Assembly (NCBI GenBank): GCA_965248435.1
Contig: OZ252100.1
Span: 3,200,001-3,264,000 of the forward strand
From: Candidatus Latescibacterota bacterium
Lineage (GTDB): Bacteria; Latescibacterota; UBA2968; GCA-2709665
DNA length: 64,000 bases
Direction: 5' to 3'
Below the pieces are notes generated by a model, which saw nothing but the letters and a program-made list of their open reading frames with translations, searched no databases and was not told the DNA's origin. Of this stretch, positions 55,235 to 64,000 are shown one piece after another. How positions within the stretch are numbered: position 1 is the first letter of the stretch; the number at the start of each line of letters is the position of its first letter. Both the position numbers and the translations under genes were made by a program.

Positions 55235-55600
55235 TCACGGTTTGCCCGTTCTGGCGTTGTATACCCGAAGGCGTTCCTCCGCCGGGAGCTTCATCAAGCG
55301 CTGGTGCTCTTTGAGGGAGAAGGACGGTTTCCGTCCGGCGTCTGGTTGTGACGCCTCGGACATCAGGACTTTGAGTCGGCAGTTCAGGGCCCTCGCGATG
55401 CGGAGGAGCATCGAGAGGGAATGCCCGCTATAGCTCGGGTCCTCCAGGCGGCTGATGACCGACTGGGTCGTTCCGATCTCTCGGGCAAGATTCTGTTGCG
55501 TCAGGCCAGATTCTTTTCTCAGCCTCTTGACGAGCTGCGCGACCTCCGCATTGACGGTTTCTGCGGCCGAGGCCCCTTGTGTCCGTTCTTCTTGCATCAT
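55235..55600 (-). CDS. XRE-family HTH regulator (HigA antitoxin-like)
   Basis: RLRKESGLTQQNLAREIGTTQSVISRLEDPSY.GHSLSML.RIARAL. Confidence 0.85.
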   Translation of the reverse strand: MMQEERTQGASAAETVNAEVAQLVKRLRKESGLTQQNLAREIGTTQSVISRLEDPSYSGHSLSMLLRIARALNCRLKVLMSEASQPDAGRKPSFSLKEHQRLMKLPAEERLRVYNARTGKP

Positions 55601-55644
55601 CTTACCCTTTCACCACAACCACGAAGATAGAGATTATCGTAATA

Positions 55645-58600
55645 TTATGATATTTCTTGAAAAGCACCGATTTCTGTCATCCAGAATCCTCGCACCGCAA
55701 CCCTCTCGTCGGTAATCGATCCCCAATGTCGGGCATAGGCGTTCAGCTGGTCGGTATACCGAAGCGGGATACTCGCTACGTCTGCGTCCGTCTTGTAGTC
55801 GATCATCTTCCAACCCACGGGCGTGCGGTAGATCAGGTCGATTCTCCCCCGTTCCACGTTTACCCCGCTGTTTCGGGAGTCGCCCACTGCCAGCGGCACT
55901 TCGGTATAGACCGCGCTGGAGGCCTGGATCTCGCCCCATTCGGCTGAGTTACAAAAGGTCGCCAGCACGGCTCCGACCTCCTCTTCCAGCGCACGGTCCA
56001 GGCCGGATGCGTCCAGCAGATGGTGGATGTAGACGTTCCCGTTTTTGGGTAATCTGTGCTTTACCGCCATCTCGAACAGCCGGTGGATGACCCTTCCATA
56101 CTCCATTCCTTTTCCCTCGAACGCTCTGTAGAGGTCCCCCTCCGGTTCGTCTTCCGTTGAGACGGTAGCAAGGGAAAAGGACGGCTGTCGGACCGCTTCC
56201 CAACGTTCTGCCCTATCCTCACTACACGCATCCCATTCGCTATCATCGACAGAAGGATCGATCCGGGCCTGCACGGCGGCTTGGACAGCGGGGAGCTCAG
56301 GCACCTCCTGCAGGAAGGGGTAGAGCGGTGCCCACGGGCCTTTGTCGGTTTTGCCGTTATAGCGGGAGACGACCAGGAGATTGCGAGCGCGCGTCGCGGC
56401 GACGTAAAGCAGCCGGAGTTCCTCCGCTTCGAGGAACCGACCCTCCTCCGCCTCGTCGTCTTCCCAACCCTCAGGTTCAGCGATGACCTCCTCACGAAAC
56501 TGTCCCACCCGTTTCTTGGCGGGCAGGGAAAGAAATGGGGTCGAGGCTGTCCTGGAGACGTGGAACTCCACGCCGTGACGCTCGGAGCTGGTGTCGCAGG
56601 GGTCGGCCAGAAATACGACATTCGCCTCCAGCCCTTTCGCCTGATGAAGGTTCATCAATCGAACGACCTCTTCCTGCCCTGTCTCCAGGGTCATTCCCTC
56701 GACTTCGTAGCCTGGTTCCTCGAGCAGGGCGCGCAGCTCGGTCATGACCTGTCCCCAATGCATCCCCTCATCCTCCCAATGCTTCACGAGTTCAAAGACT
56801 CGAAGCAGGCAGCCTGCGCGCGAAGAGCCTTCCTCTGATGCGGCCGAAAAGGGGACGATACCCAGGTCTTCAGCTACCTTTTCCAGGGCCGCTGCAGCTG
56901 TTTTCCCCTTCAACCAACCCTCGGCACGGTTGAGGTGGTCGAAGGCGCCCGTGATCTGTCCGACGAGCTCCTTGGGCAGGCCCTTCGGCAGGGGAATTCT
57001 GTAGTTGAAGGTCCCCCCAGAACGAGAAAATTCATACAACTCGTCGTCCCCCAGCCCGACGAGCGGGCCTCTCAGGTAGGCGACAAGGGGTACGGGATTC
57101 TCCGGCGCGTGGATCGATTCGAGCATTTCGACCAAGGCCCGAAGCTCTAAGGAATCTCCCAGCCTTCGGCCAACGACGTCGTAAGGGATGCGGTTCCCCT
57201 CGAGCGCTCTGGCGTAAACCCCGAGGAGGGACCGCGTGGGTGTGATGATCATGAAGTCGCTCGCACTGGCGCGAGCGGCCAGAATTCCCCCTTCTCCTGA
57301 TCTATTAAATTCTGTCTCTCCCTGGATGGCGGCAGCGATGAAGTCCGCGATGCGAGCTGCGTCGCGGGCAGCGACTTCGGGGCGTGCGTGTCGAGGGACC
57401 TTGTCCAGGGAGATACTGCGCACGCCGACGGGATCGTCCCCATCGGGTCGGATCTTGGATAGCGGGGCGAAATCGGCCTGATAGTTCGGATCGCCATCTG
57501 CGAAGAGGGAAGAGAAGGTGTGGTTTATCCAGTCACAGAGTCGACCCTGGGAACGGAAACTGGTGTCGAGCTGCAAGACCTGGCCCCCGGCCTCCACAAC
57601 GCGATCCTTCACCAGGCGGAACGTCTCCACATCGGCCCGGCGGAATCGGTAAATGGACTGCATCTCGTCGCCCACGATGAATAGGCTGCCTGGGCGCGGT
57701 TTGAGCCGGCGCCAGTCCCTCTGGGCGAGGTCCTCCCCGGTGAGATAGAGGAGCAGCTCCGCCTGAATGGGATCGGTGTCCTGAAATTCGTCAACGAAGA
57801 TACGATGATAGCAATTTTGCAATGTTTTACGAACGATCGAATCTTCTTTCACGAGGGCAGCCGCCCTTGTCAGGAGGTCTTGAAAGGTCAGCTTTCCGGC
57901 CAAACGTCGCTGGTTTTCATAATAGGCCATCGCGTCGTCGATGAATTCTGCGACCAGAGGGTACAGGTAGCGCCGCCATCTGGAGAGGGCAGGCTTCAGG
58001 ACGTCATCTTGAAGCCGGGGGAGGAGGACGTCACGCACCGTTCGCGCGAAGGTCTCATTCGGGCGCCAGCTCCTCAGGGTCACGGCAGAGTTCGCCGATT
58101 TTGCGCATAGGAGAGCAAGGAGCTGACTGCGGTCACCGTGGGTCGTCAGCCCCCGGTTCATCAGCAGGGTGCGGGCCTTCATAAGTCCATCGATGAGTGG
58201 GTCTGCGCGGCTTTCGAGAGGACTGGGGATCTGTGCAGACACCACTTCTACGAATTCGGCCGCTGCTTCGGCTGCAGCCTTCAGATCGGGGCGATCAACC
58301 GGGCTCGTTTTGAGGGAAAGATCATCAAAAATGATCCTTGCCTCGAAGCATTGCAGGAGGTCCTGAGTTCGAAGTCCCAGCGTTTCGAATCTCTCCAGGC
58401 GCGCGTCCTGCTGGTCCTGGCAATGCTCGAGGAAGCGGTGCCAGGCCTCCCTGCGTAGGGTCCGTTCCTCACGTTCATCGACTTCTGTGAAGTCGGGAGG
58501 AAGCCCGGCCTCCAGGGGCCGCTTTCTGAGGAGCTGGGCGCAAAAGGCGTGAATCGTTCCGACAAAGCAGCGGTCGATCCGTTCCAGGGCCCGGGCAAGC

Positions 58601-58869
58601 CGACGGGCTTCCGGTCCCGAGGCGCCCTCGGCCTCCTCCCTGAGGCTCTGTTGGAATCTGCCGTGCATCTCCGCTGCGGCCTTGTTCGTGAATGTGATGC
58701 CCACCATCCGGTCCACCTCCACGGACCCGGAGGCGATGCTTTGCACCATCCGCTGGGTGAGGGCGGTGGTCTTTCCAGACCCTGCCCCGGCGATTACGAT
58801 CGCATTGAGAGACAGATCCGATAGGATCCGGTCGCGTGCCGGTTGATCTGTCGGCGTCGGGTCAACCAT
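55645..58869 (-). CDS. addA: AddA-like ATP-dependent helicase/nuclease subunit A
   Basis: AGAGSGKT, TFTNKAAAEM, DEFQDTDP.Q, VGD..QSIYRFR.AD, HQAKGLE, RLLYVAATRA, nuclease GRIDL..IDYKT. Confidence 0.9.
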   Translation of the reverse strand: MVDPTPTDQPARDRILSDLSLNAIVIAGAGSGKTTALTQRMVQSIASGSVEVDRMVGITFTNKAAAEMHGRFQQSLREEAEGASGPEARRLARALERIDRCFVGTIHAFCAQLLRKRPLEAGLPPDFTEVDEREERTLRREAWHRFLEHCQDQQDARLERFETLGLRTQDLLQCFEARIIFDDLSLKTSPVDRPDLKAAAEAAAEFVEVVSAQIPSPLESRADPLIDGLMKARTLLMNRGLTTHGDRSQLLALLCAKSANSAVTLRSWRPNETFARTVRDVLLPRLQDDVLKPALSRWRRYLYPLVAEFIDDAMAYYENQRRLAGKLTFQDLLTRAAALVKEDSIVRKTLQNCYHRIFVDEFQDTDPIQAELLLYLTGEDLAQRDWRRLKPRPGSLFIVGDEMQSIYRFRRADVETFRLVKDRVVEAGGQVLQLDTSFRSQGRLCDWINHTFSSLFADGDPNYQADFAPLSKIRPDGDDPVGVRSISLDKVPRHARPEVAARDAARIADFIAAAIQGETEFNRSGEGGILAARASASDFMIITPTRSLLGVYARALEGNRIPYDVVGRRLGDSLELRALVEMLESIHAPENPVPLVAYLRGPLVGLGDDELYEFSRSGGTFNYRIPLPKGLPKELVGQITGAFDHLNRAEGWLKGKTAAAALEKVAEDLGIVPFSAASEEGSSRAGCLLRVFELVKHWEDEGMHWGQVMTELRALLEEPGYEVEGMTLETGQEEVVRLMNLHQAKGLEANVVFLADPCDTSSERHGVEFHVSRTASTPFLSLPAKKRVGQFREEVIAEPEGWEDDEAEEGRFLEAEELRLLYVAATRARNLLVVSRYNGKTDKGPWAPLYPFLQEVPELPAVQAAVQARIDPSVDDSEWDACSEDRAERWEAVRQPSFSLATVSTEDEPEGDLYRAFEGKGMEYGRVIHRLFEMAVKHRLPKNGNVYIHHLLDASGLDRALEEEVGAVLATFCNSAEWGEIQASSAVYTEVPLAVGDSRNSGVNVERGRIDLIYRTPVGWKMIDYKTDADVASIPLRYTDQLNAYARHWGSITDERVAVRGFWMTEIGAFQEIS

Positions 58870-61800
58870 CGATCCATCTCCTGAGGCTTGACATCAGGTC
58901 GGGGAGCCGGGAGGTGGCAGAGCAGGTCTCATCGAGATGTTTACGTGCGCGATGCTCCGGAGCACAGATCGGCCCATATTCACAAAATTTACACTGTCTC
59001 TCTTTCTGAAAGTGGAAAAATCCGCCTTGAGACACCATCTCAAACATCGGTTCGAGCAGCTGAGCCAGTGCGGACTTATCGGGGAGCATAGCAGAGGTGC
59101 GACGCCCATGCTCCCGATCGCTAATAAACAAGTATCCTGATGTTTCAACCTCTTTCTCGTGCTCCCGAACCCCCAGGATCTGATTCATGGCGTAGGCGTA
59201 GAGGGCCCACTGGAGGTTCAGGCCACCTCTCATCAGGTCGCCCTCCGGATACGGAAGGGAGGATCCAGTTTTGTAATCCCAGATCTGGATCCCCTGCTCC
59301 ACCTGATCGATCCGGTCTATTCGGCCCCTTAGGAGCAGGCTTATGGACTCCGAGAATTGGAGCAGGACGGGGTCAGGTTGATTCAGCCCAGCCTTTTCCT
59401 GAAACCCGAAACCGACCTCGAAGTCCAGGGGTTCGACCCCGCTCCGACCGGATTCTGTTCGAAGGAAGACCTGGCAGACGCGTTCCAGTCTCCTCAAGTC
59501 GGTCTGATAGGTCACCTCACTCGGCGGGGGTACGTGCTCCGCGCATTTGGATACATGCTCCCGAAGCATGGAAAGGAGCAGATCGATGTGTTTGTCCACA
59601 TCCGGCCTCTCATTCTTCGCCTTCAGTGCGAGCATAAAGTCGCGAAACAGGTCGTGGATGAGGCGGCCGAATTCCAGCGGGGAAAGCCAGCGGCTGGGAT
59701 CTTCGTCCGGTTCGTCGGGCGGGGCGACACGGAGGACATATTTGAGGAAGTAACGGTAGGGACACCTCGTCAGGGTCTCCAGCCGGGAGGCCGAGAGCAG
59801 GGCCCGTCCGTCTGAGATGTTAAGCTCGGGCGTAGACCGCCCCAGCCAGCCGTCGAAGCGGGTCAGTTCGGGCCGGTCGCGAGACTGGACGGCTTCCCGT
59901 CCGCGGACGAGCCAGGGGTAGGAGAGGCGAAGTCTCTCCTGGATCAGGGGCGAATCGCGGGTGGCGAGCAGGGCTTCGACTTCATCCAGGGACGCATCGA
60001 GCCGGGGCGTGATCCCCTGGATCTTGGTGCCTGCAAGGGCGCCGGGTCGGGCGGCTGCCTGACCGAGCATTGCACAAGGATAGCTTTCGCCGCCCTCTGC
60101 CGGACCCCCGGAACCGGTAAGAAAGGTTATGCTGCGGAAGTTCAGACCCAGTAGTCGCTCGAGCTGCCAGACTTTGCGGTCGGGCGCGATCGATTCGAGG
60201 GGCAACTCTCCCGGCAGCTGGGCGCGCTCATCGTCGCGGAGGATCGGATCTTCGAGCGCCCTACCCGGGAATGAGGCTGCATCCATTCCGAGGACAAACA
60301 GGTGGTCGCGGGCGGTGTATCCGGCCCGGTCCAGCGGGACTACGTTGAGGTGTCCCGGCCTTGCCACGGAGGCCCCAGCCTTGTGCAGCCCGAACAGCCC
60401 ATTCAGGTGGCCCACGACCGATTCAAGCGCAGCTCCCATTTTGACGGTCCGGACGATTTCCCCTAAACGGTCCTTCAGGGACTCGAGAGCCCTGGCGTCC
60501 AAATCGCTTCTAAGGGGGGCGAACTCGCCCAGGAATGCCACGGATGCCCGGCAGACGGCCTTCAGGGTCGTCCGACTCGGGGGAACCAGGTCGAGGAGTC
60601 CCTCGATCGATTTCAAAATTCGCTGCCTGGACGGGCAGCCCGCATCGGGGACGTCTGTCTCGAGGAGGCGATGCAGGGCTGGGAGGACCCTGTCCCTGCC
60701 TCGTCGGACCCGGGCGCGCTGCAAGAGGGCGGATAGGTCGTGGGGCTGGACCACCTCTCCGAAGTCGAGCCCTCTCGCCCGACAGAGGCTAATCAGTTCC
60801 GCCGAGGAAAAACCGGACAAGATCCAGGAATAGAATCCCACGAGGGCTTGACCAGGTCTCGTAAACCTGACTGGGAGGCCTGAAGCAAACGTCGCGGGCA
60901 GATCGTAGCGCTCCGTCAGATTGTAGAGCCTTGCCAGGTAGGGCCTTTCCGATGTATAGGCAATCTCGACGTGGTCGAAGGGGATTCGGCCCTGGATGAC
61001 CTCCCTGAGTACGGCGTGGATCTCAGAGCGTGCTCCCAAAGGTCGGATCAGATGGAAGTCTGTCGATCGGGAGCACGATAGCTCACCAAATCGTGCTCCC
61101 GCACTCGCCCCTTCTGGTTCCAGACACGGACGATCCAAAAATTGCACGGCAGTAGCGTCTTTCGGGGGTTCGGACTGGAAACCGGCCCTGCCGATCCTGA
61201 CGATCTTGTCCCCGCAGAGGGCTTTTAAAAAGCGATATCCCAAATTTGGGAGCACGGTCTCGTCCAATGCGGCGTAGAAATGCTCCCGACCGAGACACCC
61301 ATGCTCCTGAGGCAGATTCTGGATCGCACGTTCGTAGAGATAGGCGAGATCATAGAGCCGTTCGTCCGTCAGCCTCTGGCAATATGCACCATAAAGCGAA
61401 GCCAGATGCCGTGCTCTCGAGCTTGTGGCGTTTTTCAGGACTTCTGGCAGGAGTCCTCCAAGGCGGAGGGCGTGGAAAGTCCTGATCAGGGATCGCCTGA
61501 GTCCTCGGCTGTGCGAAAGCGGAGCGAAGAACGGAACGGGATCCGAGTTGATCGCTGGAGCAAGCAGGTCATCCAGGAAGAAGAGGTCGGTATCCTGGAC
61601 CAGGGGACTCCAGCCTTCGGCCTGGAGCAAGGGCGCCGCGAGCTCCTCCGCCAGCCCAGCGGGGGTAAGCGCCCGAAGGTTGACCCAGGAAACTCCCTGC
61701 GCAGCCAGGGCGGTTGTGAGGTTGTAACCGACTTGAGGACTTGGGACGAAAAGGATCTTGGGCTCGGCAGGATGCATCCTGCAAAAGGCAGAGAGCTGGT

Positions 61801-61876
61801 CTATGGGGTATGGGCTCGGTGTTCGGGCGGTTTCCGACTCCGAGGGGAGGGTCAGTTCCATCTGCGTCGACGACAA
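58862..61876 (-). CDS. addB: AddB-like subunit with PD-(D/E)xK nuclease and Fe-S cysteines
   Basis: LSASRLE...CPYRYF, GRIDRID, WDYKTG, LQ..LY, CKFCEY..IC; overlaps the addA start. Confidence 0.85.
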   Translation of the reverse strand: MSSTQMELTLPSESETARTPSPYPIDQLSAFCRMHPAEPKILFVPSPQVGYNLTTALAAQGVSWVNLRALTPAGLAEELAAPLLQAEGWSPLVQDTDLFFLDDLLAPAINSDPVPFFAPLSHSRGLRRSLIRTFHALRLGGLLPEVLKNATSSRARHLASLYGAYCQRLTDERLYDLAYLYERAIQNLPQEHGCLGREHFYAALDETVLPNLGYRFLKALCGDKIVRIGRAGFQSEPPKDATAVQFLDRPCLEPEGASAGARFGELSCSRSTDFHLIRPLGARSEIHAVLREVIQGRIPFDHVEIAYTSERPYLARLYNLTERYDLPATFASGLPVRFTRPGQALVGFYSWILSGFSSAELISLCRARGLDFGEVVQPHDLSALLQRARVRRGRDRVLPALHRLLETDVPDAGCPSRQRILKSIEGLLDLVPPSRTTLKAVCRASVAFLGEFAPLRSDLDARALESLKDRLGEIVRTVKMGAALESVVGHLNGLFGLHKAGASVARPGHLNVVPLDRAGYTARDHLFVLGMDAASFPGRALEDPILRDDERAQLPGELPLESIAPDRKVWQLERLLGLNFRSITFLTGSGGPAEGGESYPCAMLGQAAARPGALAGTKIQGITPRLDASLDEVEALLATRDSPLIQERLRLSYPWLVRGREAVQSRDRPELTRFDGWLGRSTPELNISDGRALLSASRLETLTRCPYRYFLKYVLRVAPPDEPDEDPSRWLSPLEFGRLIHDLFRDFMLALKAKNERPDVDKHIDLLLSMLREHVSKCAEHVPPPSEVTYQTDLRRLERVCQVFLRTESGRSGVEPLDFEVGFGFQEKAGLNQPDPVLLQFSESISLLLRGRIDRIDQVEQGIQIWDYKTGSSLPYPEGDLMRGGLNLQWALYAYAMNQILGVREHEKEVETSGYLFISDREHGRRTSAMLPDKSALAQLLEPMFEMVSQGGFFHFQKERQCKFCEYGPICAPEHRARKHLDETCSATSRLPDLMSSLRRWIDG

Positions 61877-61917
61877 TCCAGGATCCTTATCGCAAAAACA
61901 CTATAAGTAAGATCGCT

Positions 61918-62748
61918 TCAGTCTCTGACCCGTGTCTTTTCGTCCAGCTTCGCCAGCTGTAGCACTTTCATCGTGATCCCGACGGCGTTTCTCAGGTCCG
62001 CCCCTCGCAGGTCTGCACCTTCCAGCTTGACCTTGTAGAGGTCCGTATTTTGCAGATTGGCCTTTCGGAGGTCCGCATCTCGCAGGTCGGCCTGAACGAG
62101 GTCCGCATCCTGAAGCTTTGCATTTCGCAGGTCTGCACCCCGAAAATCCACATTTTGAAGGTTAGACTCTCGCAGGTTGGCCCCCTTGAGATTAGCTTCC
62201 CGCAGATTCGTGTTCAGGAGGTTGGCGCCCTGGAGGGTTGCCCTCGAAAGGTCGGCCCCCGAGAGGTCGGCCTCTCGCAGGTTGGCCCTCTGCAGGTTCG
62301 CCAAGTGGAGAGAGGCCTTTGTGAGCGAGGCCAGGCTCAGGTTGGCCAGTTCCAGGTCGGACGGCGAGAGCTGGGCCCCGTCGAGTTTGGCCTTCTCCAG
62401 GTTGGTGTTCTGGAGGCTGGTTCCGCTGAGATCCGCACCCCTCAGATCAGCCTCCCTGAGGTCGGCTTCATATATCCTGGCCCGCTGGAGGTTCACCCGA
62501 CGAAAGTCTCCCGCCCGCAAAGTCGCGCCGCTCAGGATGGCTTCGCTGAGCTCGGCATCTCGCAGATCGGCCCCGGATAGGTCCGCTCTTCCAAGATTCG
62601 CCCCGTGGAGGGTGGCTTTTTGGCCTTTTTCCCCTCCGGACCCCAGCCAGTCACCGTGGGCACGGAGGACCTCTCTGATCTGTGGTGGGGAAAGCGGCAA
62701 ACGAGGGTTATTCTCCGCTCTCGACTCTCGTTGTTCGTCGTTCGCCAT
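61918..62748 (-). CDS. Pentapeptide-repeat protein
   Basis: Long run of A(D/N)Lxx repeats after the L..H..WL.S.G..G cap. Confidence 0.92.
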   Translation of the reverse strand: MANDEQRESRAENNPRLPLSPPQIREVLRAHGDWLGSGGEKGQKATLHGANLGRADLSGADLRDAELSEAILSGATLRAGDFRRVNLQRARIYEADLREADLRGADLSGTSLQNTNLEKAKLDGAQLSPSDLELANLSLASLTKASLHLANLQRANLREADLSGADLSRATLQGANLLNTNLREANLKGANLRESNLQNVDFRGADLRNAKLQDADLVQADLRDADLRKANLQNTDLYKVKLEGADLRGADLRNAVGITMKVLQLAKLDEKTRVRD

Positions 62749-62987
62749 TAGCTATCAGGGAAAAGTTCGCGAGAAACCCGCGGCAACCAGGTTTCAGGAG
62801 CCACTTCTTAGAAGAACGGGGACCTTTTCGTAGAATGGGGAGACTTGCGCGGGGAATTCGAGAGGAGAAGAACGTCTCGAAGTAAAGTTAGCTCCTGAGC
62901 GAAAAGATTGCAAACGCTTAAGTGAAAAATATCGCTTTTTTCCGTTCAAGTCTAAACTCCAATTTCGGCGGGCTTCAGATTTCTGCG

Positions 62988-63016
62988 TTGCAAAGTTGAA
63001 GCGGTTTATTTATACT
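62988..63016 (+). promoter_or_regulatory. Sigma70-type promoter
   Basis: TTGCAA-N17-TATACT in an AT-rich divergent intergenic region. Confidence 0.6.
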
Positions 63017-63102
63017 CACACATGAGCCCCATTAGAGAAAAGTAGGCTCGAGCGCTACAGCAACCGCTTTTGTCTGTTCAAACTTTGCAAGGAGAGCGTG
63101 AC

Positions 63103-64000
63103 GTGGCTTCTTTGTCTCAGGCGGTCTTGGAGGAGTTCGACGAGCGGGGATACGTGGTTGTAAAAGGGTTGCTCGACCCGGAGACCGACCTGAAGCCGCT
63201 AAAGGATGAGTATGCGGGTCTAGTGGATTCACTCGCGGAAAGATGGGTCTCGGAGGGGAAGCTCTCCTCAACTTATTCTGAGCTGCCTTTTGGTGAGCGT
63301 GTGACGCAGATCATGACGGAAGGGCAAGGGCTTTTTCAGCACTTTGATATCTCTCTGCCGCCGACATTGACCAAAGAGACGCCTATTCATACCGGGCCAG
63401 CTGTGTTCAATTTGCTACGTCACCCCCGATTGCTGGACGCAGTCGAGTGTTTTATCGGGCCCGAGATCACCTGCAACCCGGTACAGCACGTTCGTGTCAA
63501 ACCGCCCCAGCGGCTTATTCCCAAAAACTTGCTGAATGGGCTGGTGGTGTTCAACGATTGGCATCAAGACGTGGGGGTCGTGAATACAACCGCCGATTCC
63601 ACCGATATGCTTTCCGTGTGGATTGCTGTGACGGATGCGACACCCGAGAACGGCTGCATGGAATTCATACCGGGAAGTCACCGGAACGATAACGTCGCAC
63701 TCCATTGCAAAACGAAGCTGGAAGGAAAGAGCGGGTTCAGGTCCCGCCTCGCGATTCCGAAAGCGCATCGCGGTCCAAACGAACCCGTCCCCGTACCGAT
63801 AAGCGCCGGGGATGCGATCTTTTTTCATCGGCGAACGATGCACGCATCCCTACCCAACAAGAGCGATGGGATTCGCTGGAGCCTGGACCTTCGGTACAAC
63901 CCGACGGGCCAGCCCTGCGGGCGGGACTGGCTTCCAGGGTTTGTGGCACGGAGCCGTGCGCATCCCGAAACAGAGTTGGCCGACGCCGGGGCCTGGACTC
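63103..64000 (+). CDS. PhyH-family dioxygenase, partial (runs off window end)
   Basis: Own translation from GTG 63103 after AGGAG: MASLSQAVLEEFDERGYVVVKGLLDP...HVRVKPP...WHQD...ENGCMEFIPGSH...H.SLPN.S..IRWSLDLRYNP. Not in the ORF track. Confidence 0.88.
   Translation, partial: MASLSQAVLEEFDERGYVVVKGLLDPETDLKPLKDEYAGLVDSLAERWVSEGKLSSTYSELPFGERVTQIMTEGQGLFQHFDISLPPTLTKETPIHTGPAVFNLLRHPRLLDAVECFIGPEITCNPVQHVRVKPPQRLIPKNLLNGLVVFNDWHQDVGVVNTTADSTDMLSVWIAVTDATPENGCMEFIPGSHRNDNVALHCKTKLEGKSGFRSRLAIPKAHRGPNEPVPVPISAGDAIFFHRRTMHASLPNKSDGIRWSLDLRYNPTGQPCGRDWLPGFVARSRAHPETELADAGAWT

Noticed and set aside
51281-61876. Helicase/nuclease cluster as an anti-phage defence island
   Set aside because: AddA/AddB motifs and gene order fit housekeeping recombination repair; no defence-specific partners recognised.
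61918-62748. Qnr/MfpA quinolone-resistance protein, or a DNA-level tandem repeat
   Set aside because: Generic A(D/N)Lxx repeats without recognisable Qnr loops; the 15-nt periodicity is explained by the protein repeat.
1-64000. tRNA, rRNA, tmRNA, IS elements or prophage genes
   Set aside because: No cloverleaf or rRNA-like segments and no transposase, integrase or phage structural ORFs were recognised by eye.

Overview
Gene-dense bacterial chromosomal DNA of roughly 60% GC (estimated by eye). I found no rRNA, tRNA, CRISPR array, integrase or transposase. The gene mix (four PhyH dioxygenases, sulfatases, beta-propeller hydrolases, ECF sigma factors with C-terminal extensions, ankyrin/Kelch/TPR proteins, LpxH) suggests an uncultured diderm heterotroph such as a Latescibacterota- or Poribacteria-like lineage; this is inference only. 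Layout: 1-16.4 kb, mostly minus-strand accessory enzymes; 16.6-21.9 kb, two ECF fusions and an ankyrin gene; 22-33 kb, a methyltransferase, three tandem GH36 paralogs and catabolic dioxygenases; 33.8-39.9 kb, hydantoinase A/B, LLM monooxygenase and PhyH; 40-47 kb, diguanylate cyclase, mug, ilvD, repeat clusters and lpxH; 47-62 kb, two TM-TPR paralogs, a UvrD-DnaQ fusion and addAB. Most notable: (i) a candidate switch-like structured 5' leader with an anti-SD helix upstream of the ankyrin gene; (ii) a nucleotidyltransferase-like gene apparently split by a 1.28-kb cargo-only insertion that supplies a new promoter and start codon; (iii) a gapless shared promoter motif ahead of both ECF fusions; (iv) mosaic triplicated GH36 genes; (v) a frameshifted archaeal/eukaryotic-type DRG GTPase; (vi) heptamer-bounded MITE/REP-like elements. 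All family calls come from motif recognition, not database searches.
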